Shown piece after piece: positions 62,967-64,000 of a stretch of 64,000 bases of DNA; positions within the stretch are counted from its first letter, which is position 1, and the number at the start of each line of letters is the position of its first letter. Source of the DNA: Nageia nagi (taxonomy: Eukaryota > Plantae > Pinophyta); NCBI GenBank assembly GCA_050084985.1, contig JBITNC010000001.1:107880001-107944000 (forward strand), written 5' to 3'. The notes beneath the pieces are model-generated. The model ran no database searches and was not told the DNA's origin. It saw only the letters and a program-made list of their open reading frames with translations. The translations under genes were made by a program, and so were the position numbers.

Positions 62967-64000
62967 TAAGGAGCTTGCAGGTTATGAGAGTCAAGATCAA
63001 GTGGTTGTTACAAGTGAGATGAGGCTAAAGGCATCTCAAGTATTTGATACCTTACACCATGAGTTGGTCTACAAGAAGAGCCTTCCACATATTTCTTTCA
63101 TTGATCCATATCAATTCATCGAAAAGATTCTCACATGGGTTGATTCTTCACAGGTATTGGGTGTGTCCCTCTCAACATGTCAAATCCCTTTGTTGTACTC
63201 ACTCTGTCAATTGCATTTGGTAGTCTAGTGTATATAATGTGCTTGTTTCCCTTTAAAAAAAATAAGCCTCGAAGCTTTTTCATAGGAACTCATCATGAGT
63301 GCAACTGAGCTCAAAAGCTAGTTGCCCTTCTACACGAAGACTACAACTAATGTAGGCACTTTGGGTGATCCTATTGATATTGGTTCCTTGCCCTTCGATG
63401 AAAGTCCGAAAGAAAGATATCATCTCAAGTCATGGATGACAGATAAAAGATGTGAAATTGTCTTTGGACTTAAACTATAAAGCAAGTATCCCAATGGTCG
63501 TTCAAATGACTAGTGAGAATTCACTAACTATAATGGAACCAATAATGCAATCGTGATTGACAATGTCGACACAAACTCATACTTCATTGAACAATGCAAG
63601 TCATTATGCATGCAAAGTTATTTTAGTTTGTCTTAGCTTTATTAGTTTGTCATGGTTTACCTTGTTTTGTTTTAGCTATTGTTGTGCTCAAACACAACAC
63701 AACCCAAAATATGTAATTTTGAAGACCCAACATTTTGTCAAGTCATGATCATCAACACGCTAGAATCATATTCCTTCGAAACCCCACATAGAACCAAGTG
63801 TTGTTCACCCCTCCCAATCATAATCATGATGAACAATATTTGAAGATATCCAAAATTGACTAAGTTTGAGAGATAGGAGAGTCCAAGGAACAATGTCAGA
63901 TAGAAGATAGGAGACCAAGTCCTAGAACCCAAAAAGTTTCATCTTTCTCAACAATATGAACACTTGCTCTGCTTACCACACTTGAACTCATTAATTTTTG

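Larger units (their letters stand above)
60300..64000 (+). mobile_element. Degenerate non-autonomous Gypsy-like element (Q-rich gag-like region, aspartic-protease remnant, acidic extension; no RT/INT seen)
   Basis: ...gataca then tggtggcttcgtt (PBS-like) at ~60578; NCIMNPTVNINMMSYE and DILIVDFPMSIPILLNKEWIHILG resemble Gypsy protease motifs; ~2.9 kb of broken + strand ORFs. Confidence 0.5.

Overview
AT-rich, CpG-depleted plant nuclear DNA, mostly old retrotransposon debris. A gymnosperm-like large genome is my inference from the element types and decay pattern. There is one recognisable host gene: a multi-exon + strand gene (about 23005-31596) encoding a WIYLD ubiquitin-binding-domain protein with a long disordered tail and no SET domain. 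Its C-terminal RRRWDVK motif is out of frame, and its intron 3 holds a duplicated half-exon that could be spliced in frame. Upstream (1-22260) is a resolvable nest. A Copia element and a full-length L1 LINE are both inserted into one copy of a tandemly duplicated ORF1-only (DUF4283 + zinc knuckle, poly(A)-tailed) HAL1-like element, and a complete Reina-type chromovirus is inserted in that LINE. Downstream (34-64 kb) are Tat/Ogre-like Gypsy remnants on the minus strand, including an antisense gag-like ORF next to a 3' LTR. There is also a Galadriel-like chromovirus 3' end, a degenerate gag/protease-only Gypsy-like element, and much unresolved decayed repeat. All transposon ORFs are broken by stops or frameshifts. 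All alignments and domain calls were made by eye, so boundaries are approximate unless a terminal motif is quoted.
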